Source of the DNA: an uncultured Chloroflexia bacterium
Lineage (GTDB): Bacteria > Chloroflexota > Limnocylindria > Limnocylindrales > CSP1-4
DNA length: 64,000 nucleotides
Direction of reading: 5' to 3'
Assembly (NCBI GenBank): GCA_963813535.1
Contig: CAWEZH010000002.1
Coordinates: forward strand, 576,001-640,000
Positions 28,507-37,217 of the stretch are shown piece after piece. The translations under genes and the position numbers were made by a program. Every line of letters begins with the position of its first letter. Within the stretch, counting starts at the first letter, position 1. The notes beneath the pieces are model-generated. The model saw only the letters and a program-made list of their open reading frames with translations. It was not told the DNA's origin and ran no database searches.

Positions 28507-29729
28507 ACGTCTACCGGATGCCCGGGCTCGTGCTCACGGAGCGCGAGCACACGGTCCCCCTCGATCACGCCGCACAGGACGGCGCGACCATCACGGTCTT
28601 CACGCGCGAGGTCGCCGCCCCGGACGGTACCGATCGACCGTACCTCGTGTTCCTGCAGGGCGGTCCAGGGTTCGAGGCAACGCGCCCGACGAGTCCGCCG
28701 ACCGGCTGGCTGAAGCGCGCCCTGCTCGACTATCGGGTGCTGCTGCTCGATCAACGAGGCACCGGGCGATCGACGCCGGTCGGTCCGGAGGTCCCGGGTG
28801 ACACCCCGGACCGGCAGGCCGAATACCTGACGCACTTCCGGGCCGACTCGATCGTCCGCGACTGCGAGGCGATCCGCCGCGAGCTGGGCATCGACCGATG
28901 GAGCATCCTCGGGCAGAGCTTCGGTGGGTTCACCTCGATGGCGTACCTATCGACCGCGCCGGAAGGGTTGGCGGAAGCGTTCATCACCGGCGGTCTCTCG
29001 CCGATCGGGCGTCCGGTCGACGACATCTATGGCGCGACCTACCGGCGGCTGCGCACGTCCAACGAGCGCTACTTCGCGCGATACCCCGACGATCGTGCGC
29101 GGGTCCACGACATCCTCCGTCGCCTCGAGGACGAGGATGTCCGCCTCCCCTCGGGTGATCGCCTCACAGCCCGGCGCTTCCGGCAGCTCGGGATGTGGCT
29201 GGGCGACAGCGCCGGGTTCGAGCTGCTGCACCATGTCGTGGAGCTGCCGTTCGGATCGCCGGCATTCCTGCACGACGCGGACGTTCCCGCTCGGTTCGAG
29301 CGGAACCCGATCTACGCGACCCTCCACGAGTCGTCGTACGCCGACGGCGTGCCGACTCGCTGGTCCGCGCATCGCCTGCTCCCCGACGAGATCGAGACGA
29401 AGGGCTACCTGACCGCAGAGCACGTCTTCCCCTGGATGTGGGAGGACTACGCGGGTCTGCGCGGTCACCGGGCGGCGGCGGACCTGCTGGCGGAGCACGT
29501 GTGGCCACGCCTGTACGACGCCGAGCGGCTCGAACGGAACGAGGTCCCCGTCGCCGCGACGATCTACGTCAATGATCTCTATGTCGAGCGCGACTTCGCC
29601 GAGGAGACCGCGGCGACCATCCGTGGGATCCGCATCTGGCAGACGGACGAGTACGAGCACAACGGGCTGCGCGCCGACGGTGAGCGGGTGCTCGGCCGCC
29701 TCATCGACATGGTCCGGGGCCACGCCTGA
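28503..29729 (+). CDS. Proline iminopeptidase-like alpha/beta hydrolase
   Basis: LQGGPG, LDQRGTGRS, GQSFGG nucleophile elbow and EHNGLR. Confidence 0.9.
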   Translation: MNVYRMPGLVLTEREHTVPLDHAAQDGATITVFTREVAAPDGTDRPYLVFLQGGPGFEATRPTSPPTGWLKRALLDYRVLLLDQRGTGRSTPVGPEVPGDTPDRQAEYLTHFRADSIVRDCEAIRRELGIDRWSILGQSFGGFTSMAYLSTAPEGLAEAFITGGLSPIGRPVDDIYGATYRRLRTSNERYFARYPDDRARVHDILRRLEDEDVRLPSGDRLTARRFRQLGMWLGDSAGFELLHHVVELPFGSPAFLHDADVPARFERNPIYATLHESSYADGVPTRWSAHRLLPDEIETKGYLTAEHVFPWMWEDYAGLRGHRAAADLLAEHVWPRLYDAERLERNEVPVAATIYVNDLYVERDFAEETAATIRGIRIWQTDEYEHNGLRADGERVLGRLIDMVRGHA

Positions 29730-30358
29730 TGCCGGCCGAGAAGGACGAGGGCCTCAAACGGCTCGGCGGCGGTCGCTGGCAGACGCGGGACGAGCGGTTC
29801 ACGATCGAGCCGCAATCGGGGACCTGGGCGGTCGTCGATGCCGAGCAGACGGACGACCTCGGTTTACCGCTCGTGCGCGGGCCGTTCGGCAGCCTCGGAG
29901 CGGCGAAGGAGGCGATCGCCGCGGCTCGCGATACGGATGCGCCGGCGTCGCCGCTGAAGGATCGGAAGCCCAAGCCCGCGCCGGCGGCCTCGAAGGCGGC
30001 GGCGTCCCGGAAGACGAAGAAGGCCGAAGCGCCGAAAGAGCCCGAGGAGCCGCGCTGGCTACGGGACCTCGACCCGGCCGACCGCCGCCGGGCGACGCGC
30101 CTGATCGACCGCCTGACGGAAGCCGGTGCATCTGATCCCGAAGGCATGGTCCGTCGCGACGTCGTCGGCGAGGTCCCCACCGTCGCGGCATTCGCCGTCG
30201 CGAGGGCGATCCGGGCGCTCGGCCCGAAGGCGACGGTCGGCGAGGTCGCCGATGCGCTCAGCGACGGCCGTGATGCCGAGCTGAGCGTCCGCTGGCGCCT
30301 CGTCGACGCCGACGGTCGTGAGATCCGGCTCGACTCGGAGGTGTTCGACGACGACTGA
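29729..30358 (+). CDS. Hypothetical protein with a Lys/Ala/Pro-rich linker
   Basis: TGATG coupling to the upstream gene; high GC3. Confidence 0.7.
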   Translation: MPAEKDEGLKRLGGGRWQTRDERFTIEPQSGTWAVVDAEQTDDLGLPLVRGPFGSLGAAKEAIAAARDTDAPASPLKDRKPKPAPAASKAAASRKTKKAEAPKEPEEPRWLRDLDPADRRRATRLIDRLTEAGASDPEGMVRRDVVGEVPTVAAFAVARAIRALGPKATVGEVADALSDGRDAELSVRWRLVDADGREIRLDSEVFDDD

Positions 30359-31196
30359 GAGGCTCGATCGCAGCGGCTACGAGGTCGAGGTCGACGAACG
30401 GTTCGACGGGCCTGAGCTCGACGGGCGCCTCTGGCTTCGACACTACCTGCCCCACTGGAGCTCGCGGGAGGCGACGCAAGCACGGTTCGACCTCGGGGGA
30501 GGCGAGCTTCGCCTGCGCATCGACGCCGACCAGCGACCGTGGAATCCCGAACACGACGGCTGGCTGCGCGTCTCGGGCCTGCAGACCGGCGAGTTCGCCG
30601 GTCCACCGGGCAGTCGCGCGGGTCAGCTCCAGTTCGCGGATGGCCTTCGGGTTCGCGAGGCGCAGCCGACCACGGCCCTGTACACCCCCCGCTACGGGCT
30701 GTTCGAGGTGCGTCTCAGGGCGATCGCCGACCCGATGAACATGGTGGCCCTGTGGATGATCGGCTTCGAGGATGCCCCCGAACGGTCGGCCGAGATCCTC
30801 ATCTGCGAGATCTTCGGTCGGGATATGACGCCGACCACCGCGCGGGTCGGGATGGGGCTCCGTCCGTGGGCCGATCCGGCGATCCGGGACGCCTTCGAAC
30901 AGGTGCCGATCGACATCGATGCCAGCGAGGCGCATTGGTATGCCGCTGCGTGGACGCCGGAGCGGGTTGCCTTCTACGTCGATGAGCGACTCGTGAAGGT
31001 CGTCGATCAGTCCCCGGCCTACCCGATGCAGTTCATGCTGACCCTGTACGAGTTCGGCGACGGACCGGAGCCTGCGTCGCCCGCCGACCGCTACCCCAAG
31101 GTGGCCGTGGTCGAGCGTTTCCGCGGTTGGCGCCGGACCACCGGACCGGGCGCCCGACCGCCTGCGTTCGAGGCGCCCGACATGTCGCAAGCCTAG
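30351..31196 (+). CDS. Glycoside hydrolase family 16-like protein; start uncertain
   Basis: DERFDGPELD, YGLFEVR, ALWMIG, EILICE and HWYAAAWTP..VAFYVD. Confidence 0.75.
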   Translation, partial: TTERLDRSGYEVEVDERFDGPELDGRLWLRHYLPHWSSREATQARFDLGGGELRLRIDADQRPWNPEHDGWLRVSGLQTGEFAGPPGSRAGQLQFADGLRVREAQPTTALYTPRYGLFEVRLRAIADPMNMVALWMIGFEDAPERSAEILICEIFGRDMTPTTARVGMGLRPWADPAIRDAFEQVPIDIDASEAHWYAAAWTPERVAFYVDERLVKVVDQSPAYPMQFMLTLYEFGDGPEPASPADRYPKVAVVERFRGWRRTTGPGARPPAFEAPDMSQA

Positions 31197-31206
31197 GCTG
31201 GACGAC

Positions 31207-31470
31207 ATGGACGAGCTTCTCTCGACCGAGCAGGTCGGCTGGGTCCTCGAGCGGTCAGCCGGGTCGGTGCGCGACATGATTCGTGACGGCGAGCTCGAGG
31301 CGGTGCGGGTGCCGGCGGGGTTCCGCGTCCACAAGGACGAGGTGCTGCGCGTCGCTCGCGACCGGATCGAACTGGAGACCGGGCGCCGCCTATCGGATCG
31401 TCAGCTCGAGCGCCTCATCGACACGGTCATCGAGACGAACAGCGCCAGGACCGGCGCCGCTACGTCCTGA
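31207..31470 (+). CDS. Small HTH DNA-binding protein (HTH_17/excisionase-like)
   Basis: LLSTEQV..VL..S..SVRDMIRDGELEAVRV..GFRV. Confidence 0.75.
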   Translation: MDELLSTEQVGWVLERSAGSVRDMIRDGELEAVRVPAGFRVHKDEVLRVARDRIELETGRRLSDRQLERLIDTVIETNSARTGAATS

Positions 31471-31957
31471 CGAGCGGCCAGGAGATCTCGGTCCGCAGCG
31501 TCGATTGATCGGTCGCGCTACCCGGATCGTCGACATAGGCCTCCCACGCGCCAGGTCCGTCGTCGAATCCCGGCTGGGCGTGGATCCACTCGTGCAGGGC
31601 GTCGTAGGTGCCGCCGAGACCGTCATACGGCCCGACATGGACGGCGCGCGCCACAGGACCGGCCGGGAGCTCGGATCGACCAACCTCGCCCTCCTGGACC
31701 GACGCCAATGCAGGAAGGTCCGGTGCTCCACCGGCGACAGGGAAGCCGATCTCGACATCCACGACGTCCGGACCGAAGCGGTGATAGCGCGCGAACGGGG
31801 GACCGCCGATGGTCCCGCCGGTCTCCTGGATCCGCGATGCGACGAGCGGCATATTGCGGTCGAAGGCCGCTGCCAGATCGAGCTTGGCCATGGGTTGGGT
31901 GACACGGACGACCACGGTCGGCTGCGCCTCCACCTCGACGATCTCTGGATCGGTCAT
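31460..31957 (-). CDS. GyrI-like small-molecule-binding protein
   Basis: GPPFARYH, HVGPYDGL..TY..L..WI, WEAYVDDP and RTEISWP. Confidence 0.85.
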   Translation of the reverse strand: MTDPEIVEVEAQPTVVVRVTQPMAKLDLAAAFDRNMPLVASRIQETGGTIGGPPFARYHRFGPDVVDVEIGFPVAGGAPDLPALASVQEGEVGRSELPAGPVARAVHVGPYDGLGGTYDALHEWIHAQPGFDDGPGAWEAYVDDPGSATDQSTLRTEISWPLVRT

Positions 31958-32193
31958 GTCGGACTCACCTCCTCGAAGCGGGTCTCCCTGACGACCCGCC
32001 CGGTCCGGTCGTACGTCCGCCAGACGCCGACCTGGCGGCCACGGTCGAATGCGCCGGCTCGCATCAGGCTGCCGTCGGTGCGGAAGAACTCCCACGGGCC
32101 GTGCATCTCGCCATCGAGGTGCGCTCCGGTGAACTTCGCGTTCCCGTTCGGGTAGCGGACGGTCTCGACGGACGGCAAGGAGGGCTCGGGCAC
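31954..32193 (-). CDS. Small MORN-variant repeat (YwqK-like) protein
   Basis: YPNG, G.MHGPWEFFRTDG and G.QVGVWRTYDRTG. Confidence 0.75.
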   Translation of the reverse strand: MPEPSLPSVETVRYPNGNAKFTGAHLDGEMHGPWEFFRTDGSLMRAGAFDRGRQVGVWRTYDRTGRVVRETRFEEVSPT

Positions 32194-32301
32194 GTCCTCA
32201 GTATGCCTCGCCAGTCGGGCGGAAACCTCCGGCCGAATGATGTTGACAGGCCGTTAACGAAGCCTTCCTAGAGTCGCCGCACCCGATACGAAGGAGGTTC
32301 G

Positions 32302-32718
32302 ATGATCGCCAGCACGACGCCGATCCGAGCGATCCCGCTCTTCCAGGGTTGCAGCGATCGCTCGATCGAGATCATCGCGGGGATCACGGAGGAAGCCAGT
32401 TTCCCGGCCGGAGCCGTCCTCGTGCGCGAAGGCGACGAGGGCGCATCCCTGATCGTCATCCGCAGCGGGTCTGCGACCGTCGACCAGGGCGGCCGGTTCC
32501 TCCGCCGGCTCGGTCCGGGCGACTTCCTGGGCGAGATCGCGCTCATCGACGGCCGGCCTCGGACGGCCACCGTGACAGCCGACGAGCCGATCGAGGCGCT
32601 CGTGATCGGCCGAGCGGGGTTCGCCCGGATCATGGACGAGTTCCCGGTGATCCGGTATGACCTGGTGAACGCGCTGACCCGACGGCTGCGGGACGGGAGT
32701 CCCACGCCGATCGACTGA
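32302..32718 (+). CDS. Stand-alone cyclic nucleotide-binding domain protein
   Basis: IPLF, REGDEG, GPGDFLGEIALIDGRPRTATV; SD AAGGAGG. Confidence 0.9.
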   Translation: MIASTTPIRAIPLFQGCSDRSIEIIAGITEEASFPAGAVLVREGDEGASLIVIRSGSATVDQGGRFLRRLGPGDFLGEIALIDGRPRTATVTADEPIEALVIGRAGFARIMDEFPVIRYDLVNALTRRLRDGSPTPID

Positions 32719-32759
32719 GCGCCCTCCCGGAGCCTCAGCTCGAACGGACCGGCTGACCG

Positions 32760-34415
32760 TCAGCCCCGGCGGCAGTCCCTGATGACCGCCGCGGTCGAGC
32801 TCCACACGACCGTCCTCGCCTCCTCCAGCCGGTCGAGCGGGGCGAGGCCCCGGTTCGTGATCTCCTCGCGCACGGCGTCGGCCACGCGCGCACGCAGCCG
32901 CCCGGCCCATCCGCGACCGACCTGACCGGCGTGGAGCCCGAGCAGTCGCGCGAGCAGATAGCCGATCAGCACGCTGACCAGCAATGCGGCGAACGGCATC
33001 GGGATCGACCCGAGCACCGGCACCTCCACCGTGTCCACGATGGGTCTGGCCAGGATCCACACCACCACCCAGGCGGCGGAGACGGCGATCGTGACCGCCG
33101 CGAGCATCTGCAACAGGCCCAGGACCGCCCACCAGCGGCTCGTCGGTGGCTCCAGCCGGTCCAGACCGGCGATGGCCCGATCGACGGCCCGCTCCAGCCC
33201 CTGCCGTATCGGGGCTGGCTCCAGCGTCGCGGCGAGCGCGGGCCGGACCTGCGGACTTGCGCTCGTCAGCGCCGATCCGAGGGCGGTCGCGAGCGAGTCG
33301 ACGGCCTGCGTGAGCGGTCCGCGGTCTCGCCAGCGCATCAGATGGCCGGTCGGATCGGCGACCTTCGTATCGCGACCCGACGCCCGGTAGATCAGAGATG
33401 TCAGTCGGCCCATCGGTCCGGTCCCCCGAGCGCGGGCACGAGCGCGCGTGGCCGCGACGGCCTGCCGTTCCAGACCTGGCAGGTCGACCGCGCGAAGGAC
33501 GGCGCGCGTCGCGTCGTCGATGGCCGCCGCGCGGGCGGCCGCAGACAGGAACGGCGTCGCGTCACGCTCGGGATCGACCCCGGCGTCATGCGCGAGGTCC
33601 CGAGCATGGTCGACCGCCGTCGCCGCGACCCGCGCGCGGACCACGGCCTTCGACGCGGCACCGTCGGCGAGCCAGGAGCGGAACTCGTCGACGTCGGGCG
33701 CAGGTGCCGCCGTCGTCATCAAGACCGGGACAGGCATCTGGTCGGCGACGGTCAATCGCTCACCGAGATCCGCCTCGAGGTCGTGCCGGATACGCGGTCG
33801 GTCCGTGCCGGACAGGCGATCGGCCTTGTTGACCACGATGGCCTGGCGGTCGAGACGTGGGACCCACGTTCGCAGAAAGCCGTCGTGCAAGACGGCGTCG
33901 TGGTACTTCTCGAGGTCGGTCACCCATGCGACCGCGTCGACCAACGGGAGAAGCGCCTCCACTCGCTCTCGGTGGCTGGTCGTGGTCGAGTCCATATCGG
34001 GCAGGTCGACGATCGCGATCGACCGGAGTCCGTCGGCGCTATGTTCCCGGACGTCGCCCACCCCGAGCCAGCGGAGCAACGGAGCCAGGGACTCACGCTC
34101 CGACGCAGGGACCCAGGCGATCGGTTCGCTCGTCGTCGGGCGACGCACGGACGCGGGGCTGACGTCGACCCCCGCCAAAGCGTTGAGCAGGCTCGATTTG
34201 CCGACGCCGGTCCCGCCGACCAACGCGAGCACATAGGCGTCCGACGGGAAGCCGAGGCGGCGCGCGGCGTCGGCATGCGCGTCCCGGACCGAGTCGGTCG
34301 GGATGCCGAGGAGATCGGCCGCATCGGCCGCTTCGAGCAGCGCATCGAGACAGCGGCGGAGTGCGTCGTCGGCGTCGTCGAGCGGCGGTGGCTCGGCCGA
34401 CGCGGGGTGGTCCAT
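32760..34415 (-). CDS. Dynamin-like/YfjP-type P-loop GTPase with two C-terminal TM helices
   Basis: GGTGVGKSS, RRPTT, DLPDMDS, EKYHD and NKAD; true start ATG 34415. Confidence 0.85.
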   Translation of the reverse strand: MDHPASAEPPPLDDADDALRRCLDALLEAADAADLLGIPTDSVRDAHADAARRLGFPSDAYVLALVGGTGVGKSSLLNALAGVDVSPASVRRPTTSEPIAWVPASERESLAPLLRWLGVGDVREHSADGLRSIAIVDLPDMDSTTTSHRERVEALLPLVDAVAWVTDLEKYHDAVLHDGFLRTWVPRLDRQAIVVNKADRLSGTDRPRIRHDLEADLGERLTVADQMPVPVLMTTAAPAPDVDEFRSWLADGAASKAVVRARVAATAVDHARDLAHDAGVDPERDATPFLSAAARAAAIDDATRAVLRAVDLPGLERQAVAATRARARARGTGPMGRLTSLIYRASGRDTKVADPTGHLMRWRDRGPLTQAVDSLATALGSALTSASPQVRPALAATLEPAPIRQGLERAVDRAIAGLDRLEPPTSRWWAVLGLLQMLAAVTIAVSAAWVVVWILARPIVDTVEVPVLGSIPMPFAALLVSVLIGYLLARLLGLHAGQVGRGWAGRLRARVADAVREEITNRGLAPLDRLEEARTVVWSSTAAVIRDCRRG

Positions 34416-36124
34416 CAGGACGGGGACGGGAGCGCGCGAACATCGGCCGCCGCAGCCCGCAGGTCGGTCGCCAGTTCGGCCAGGACGCCCGACGGAGGCA
34501 GCAATGCCTCGAACCGGGCACGCTCCTCCTCGAAGGTCGTCGACAGCGCTTCGTCGAGGTGCTGCCGAGCGTGCGCGACGAGCTCCGCCATCGCCGCTTC
34601 GCCGAACAATGCGGCGAGGACCTTCTGGTTGAGGAACGCGGTGGCAGCGGCGACGCCGAGCTCCGCACCCGTGATGCCACCGGTGTGCATGAACGTCGCG
34701 AGCATGACGCCGGTGCCCATCGCGTTGACGCCGACGGCGGCTCCTCGGGCAAGCAACCGCTTGGGCCGACCGTGCGCCTGGATCTCCTCGGTGATGCCTT
34801 CCATCCAGCGTTCGATGCGATCCTGGAGTCGCGCATCGAAGTCGGGGGAGGGGACCCACAACTCGGGTTCCTCGGCGATCCGCCGCCCGGCCGCCGGCGT
34901 CTCCGACCAGGCCGTGGCGGTCCGCCGCGCAGCCTCCGCCGCCTGGAGGCGGGCAACGGCGATCAGGTCCTCGGTGGTCGCGGCGCGGACCTCGGCGACC
35001 GGTGCTGTGGCAGGCCGCAGGACTGCCGATATGGCGCCGCGGATCCGGCCGATGCCCTCCGAGAAGAACCGCGTCATCTGATCCGCCCCGACGAACGTCT
35101 GCCACTGGCGCAGCGCCTCTTCGCGCAGGAACGTGCCACGACCGACTTCGTGCCGCAGCGCGTCCAGCGACGTCTCGTAGGCACGATCGGCGAGACGCCG
35201 GAGCGCCTCCACGTCGATCGATTCGTGCTCGGCGTCGTCGGCGATCTGGTCGACGCTCTCGCCGAGCCCGGTCAGTGAGCCGGTCAGCGCCCGAGCTGCG
35301 AGGTCGAGCCGTGCCTGTCGATCGGCGCGGAGGCTGGCGATCTCGTCGAGCACCGGACCGATGGCGGCACGTTCCAGCCGGTCGCCCGCGGGATCGAGCG
35401 CGCCTTCGGCGACAGCGATGACCTCCCGCGGCGGAGCGGCCTCGTCGGCGGCCTGGACGCCGTCGAGGCCCGCCTCGGTGAGCAGGCGACGGATGTCGGC
35501 CACGACCTCGGCGCGATCTCCCGCATCGGGTGGCATCCGGTTGACGATCACCTGCAGTGGCAGACCTCGCTCGCGTACGCGTTCGAGGACGCCCCAAGGG
35601 ACACGGTCCGCGTAGCGCGTGGCGGTGGTGACGAAGACCGCCAGATCGGCCGCCTCCACGAGGCGGTCCGTCAGTTCGCGATTGGCGTGCTCGACGGAGT
35701 CGATGTCCGGCGCGTCGACGAGGACGAGCCCAGGCTCGACCGCGCCGTCCTCGACGAACCGAAGCTGCGACGGCAGGACGCGGGCGAGGGTCCCATCGAG
35801 AAGTCCGACCTGATCGTCGGGATGGAGCAGGACGACCGCGACGCGGGTGGTCGGACGCAGGACGCCGGTCTCGCTGGCCGCACGACCGGCGATCGTGTTG
35901 AAGACCGTGCTCTTGCCTGCTCCGGTCGGACCGACGAGCACCACCAACAGCGGAGCATCGAGCGACGCGGCCCGGACCCGGACGTGTCCGGCGAGATGAT
36001 CGGCGAGGCGCGTCGCGCGAGCGAGCGCGGCCTCGCTCCGCGGTCTCGCCGCCAGGCGACGCTCGGCCAGCGCCTCCAGGCGCTGGACCAGGTCCCGCAA
36101 AGCCGACGGAGCGGTCCCACTCAT
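34415..36124 (-). CDS. Dynamin family GTPase
   Basis: GPTGAGKST, LRPTT, DAPDIDS and TTATRYAD, followed by a long helical stalk. Confidence 0.85.
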   Translation of the reverse strand: MSGTAPSALRDLVQRLEALAERRLAARPRSEAALARATRLADHLAGHVRVRAASLDAPLLVVLVGPTGAGKSTVFNTIAGRAASETGVLRPTTRVAVVLLHPDDQVGLLDGTLARVLPSQLRFVEDGAVEPGLVLVDAPDIDSVEHANRELTDRLVEAADLAVFVTTATRYADRVPWGVLERVRERGLPLQVIVNRMPPDAGDRAEVVADIRRLLTEAGLDGVQAADEAAPPREVIAVAEGALDPAGDRLERAAIGPVLDEIASLRADRQARLDLAARALTGSLTGLGESVDQIADDAEHESIDVEALRRLADRAYETSLDALRHEVGRGTFLREEALRQWQTFVGADQMTRFFSEGIGRIRGAISAVLRPATAPVAEVRAATTEDLIAVARLQAAEAARRTATAWSETPAAGRRIAEEPELWVPSPDFDARLQDRIERWMEGITEEIQAHGRPKRLLARGAAVGVNAMGTGVMLATFMHTGGITGAELGVAAATAFLNQKVLAALFGEAAMAELVAHARQHLDEALSTTFEEERARFEALLPPSGVLAELATDLRAAAADVRALPSPS

Positions 36125-36205
36125 CCATTCACCCTAACCGCCATCGGCGGCCGTCGTGCATGTCAGAGCGGGGCGCACCCCATCGCAGTCGGGTAGCAGT
36201 GACCG

Positions 36206-37042
36206 TCAGCGCTTGACGATGACCGCCTCGAGATACTCGTTCGGGACGATCATCGTGCCGTCTTCAGCACGATTGAACCGCCCGATCAGCTCGATGATCT
36301 CCGCTTCGAGCGCCGCACGACCGGCATCACCCACGCTCTCGAACGCCTTGAGGGTCGGACCGTAATAGGTGCGCCAGTACTCGACGTAATGCTCCGGCGA
36401 TCGATCGCGGAACGTGTAATGACGCTTCTCGAGGGTGATTTCGGCGATCTGCCCGGTGAACAGCTCGTGCAGGCGGGCCTCGGTGCCCCACTGGATGGGC
36501 GAGCGCAGACCCGCGGGCGGCGGGATGTGCTTCGCCATCACCTTGAACAGGTTGCCGATGAAGCCGTCGGGAGTGTGGGCCACGACGCCGATCCGGCCGC
36601 CCGATCGGGCGACGCGGGCGAGCTCGCTCGCCGTCTGCTCCTGGTTCGGCGCGAACATGGAGCCGAAGACCGAGCTGACGACATCGAAGCTGCCGTCCTC
36701 GAACGGCAGCGCCTCGGCGTCACCCTCGATGAACTCGACCGAGAGGCCCTCTGCATCGGCGCGTCGACGGGCGCGCTCGAGCAGGCCGGGAACGTAGTCG
36801 ACACCGACGGCATCGCAACCCCGCCGCGCGGCAGCGAGGGCAGCATTGCCGCTGCCGGTCGCGACGTCGAGCACGCGCTCGGTCGAGTGCACGTCGAGCG
36901 CCTCGATGAGGAGCTCAGACACGATCTGGATCTGGGTCCCGATCATGTGGTAGTCGCCACTGGCCCAGGTGGCCTGCTGGCGCGTCTTGATCGCCGCGAG
37001 ATCGGGCGTCGGGGTGGTGTCGGGCGCGGTCGCTTGGGTCAT
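36206..37042 (-). CDS. Class I SAM-dependent methyltransferase (UbiE-like)
   Basis: WASGDY, VLDVATGSGN and GDAEALPFEDGSFDVV. Confidence 0.92.
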   Translation of the reverse strand: MTQATAPDTTPTPDLAAIKTRQQATWASGDYHMIGTQIQIVSELLIEALDVHSTERVLDVATGSGNAALAAARRGCDAVGVDYVPGLLERARRRADAEGLSVEFIEGDAEALPFEDGSFDVVSSVFGSMFAPNQEQTASELARVARSGGRIGVVAHTPDGFIGNLFKVMAKHIPPPAGLRSPIQWGTEARLHELFTGQIAEITLEKRHYTFRDRSPEHYVEYWRTYYGPTLKAFESVGDAGRAALEAEIIELIGRFNRAEDGTMIVPNEYLEAVIVKR

Positions 37043-37217
37043 GCCGTGTCTCCCTTCGTCGTGCGTTTCAAGATGAGCATCGAGCTACATGGTCGACGCC
37101 GCATCTACGGAAATCCCTACGTTTCGGGACCGGTCGCCTCTGTCCGTTCGCCCACAGTGACATGGGACCGTCACGCAACGTCCGCCAGCCGACCTCGGGG
37201 TTCGGTAGCCTTGACGC

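Noticed and set aside
31207-31470. Prophage or integrative element marked by an excisionase-like HTH
   Set aside because: No integrase, att-like repeats, phage genes or obvious composition shift nearby
32760-36128. 1122-aa giant ORF
   Set aside because: The N-terminal half is an off-frame shadow of the 34415..36124 GTPase; the real second gene starts at 34415
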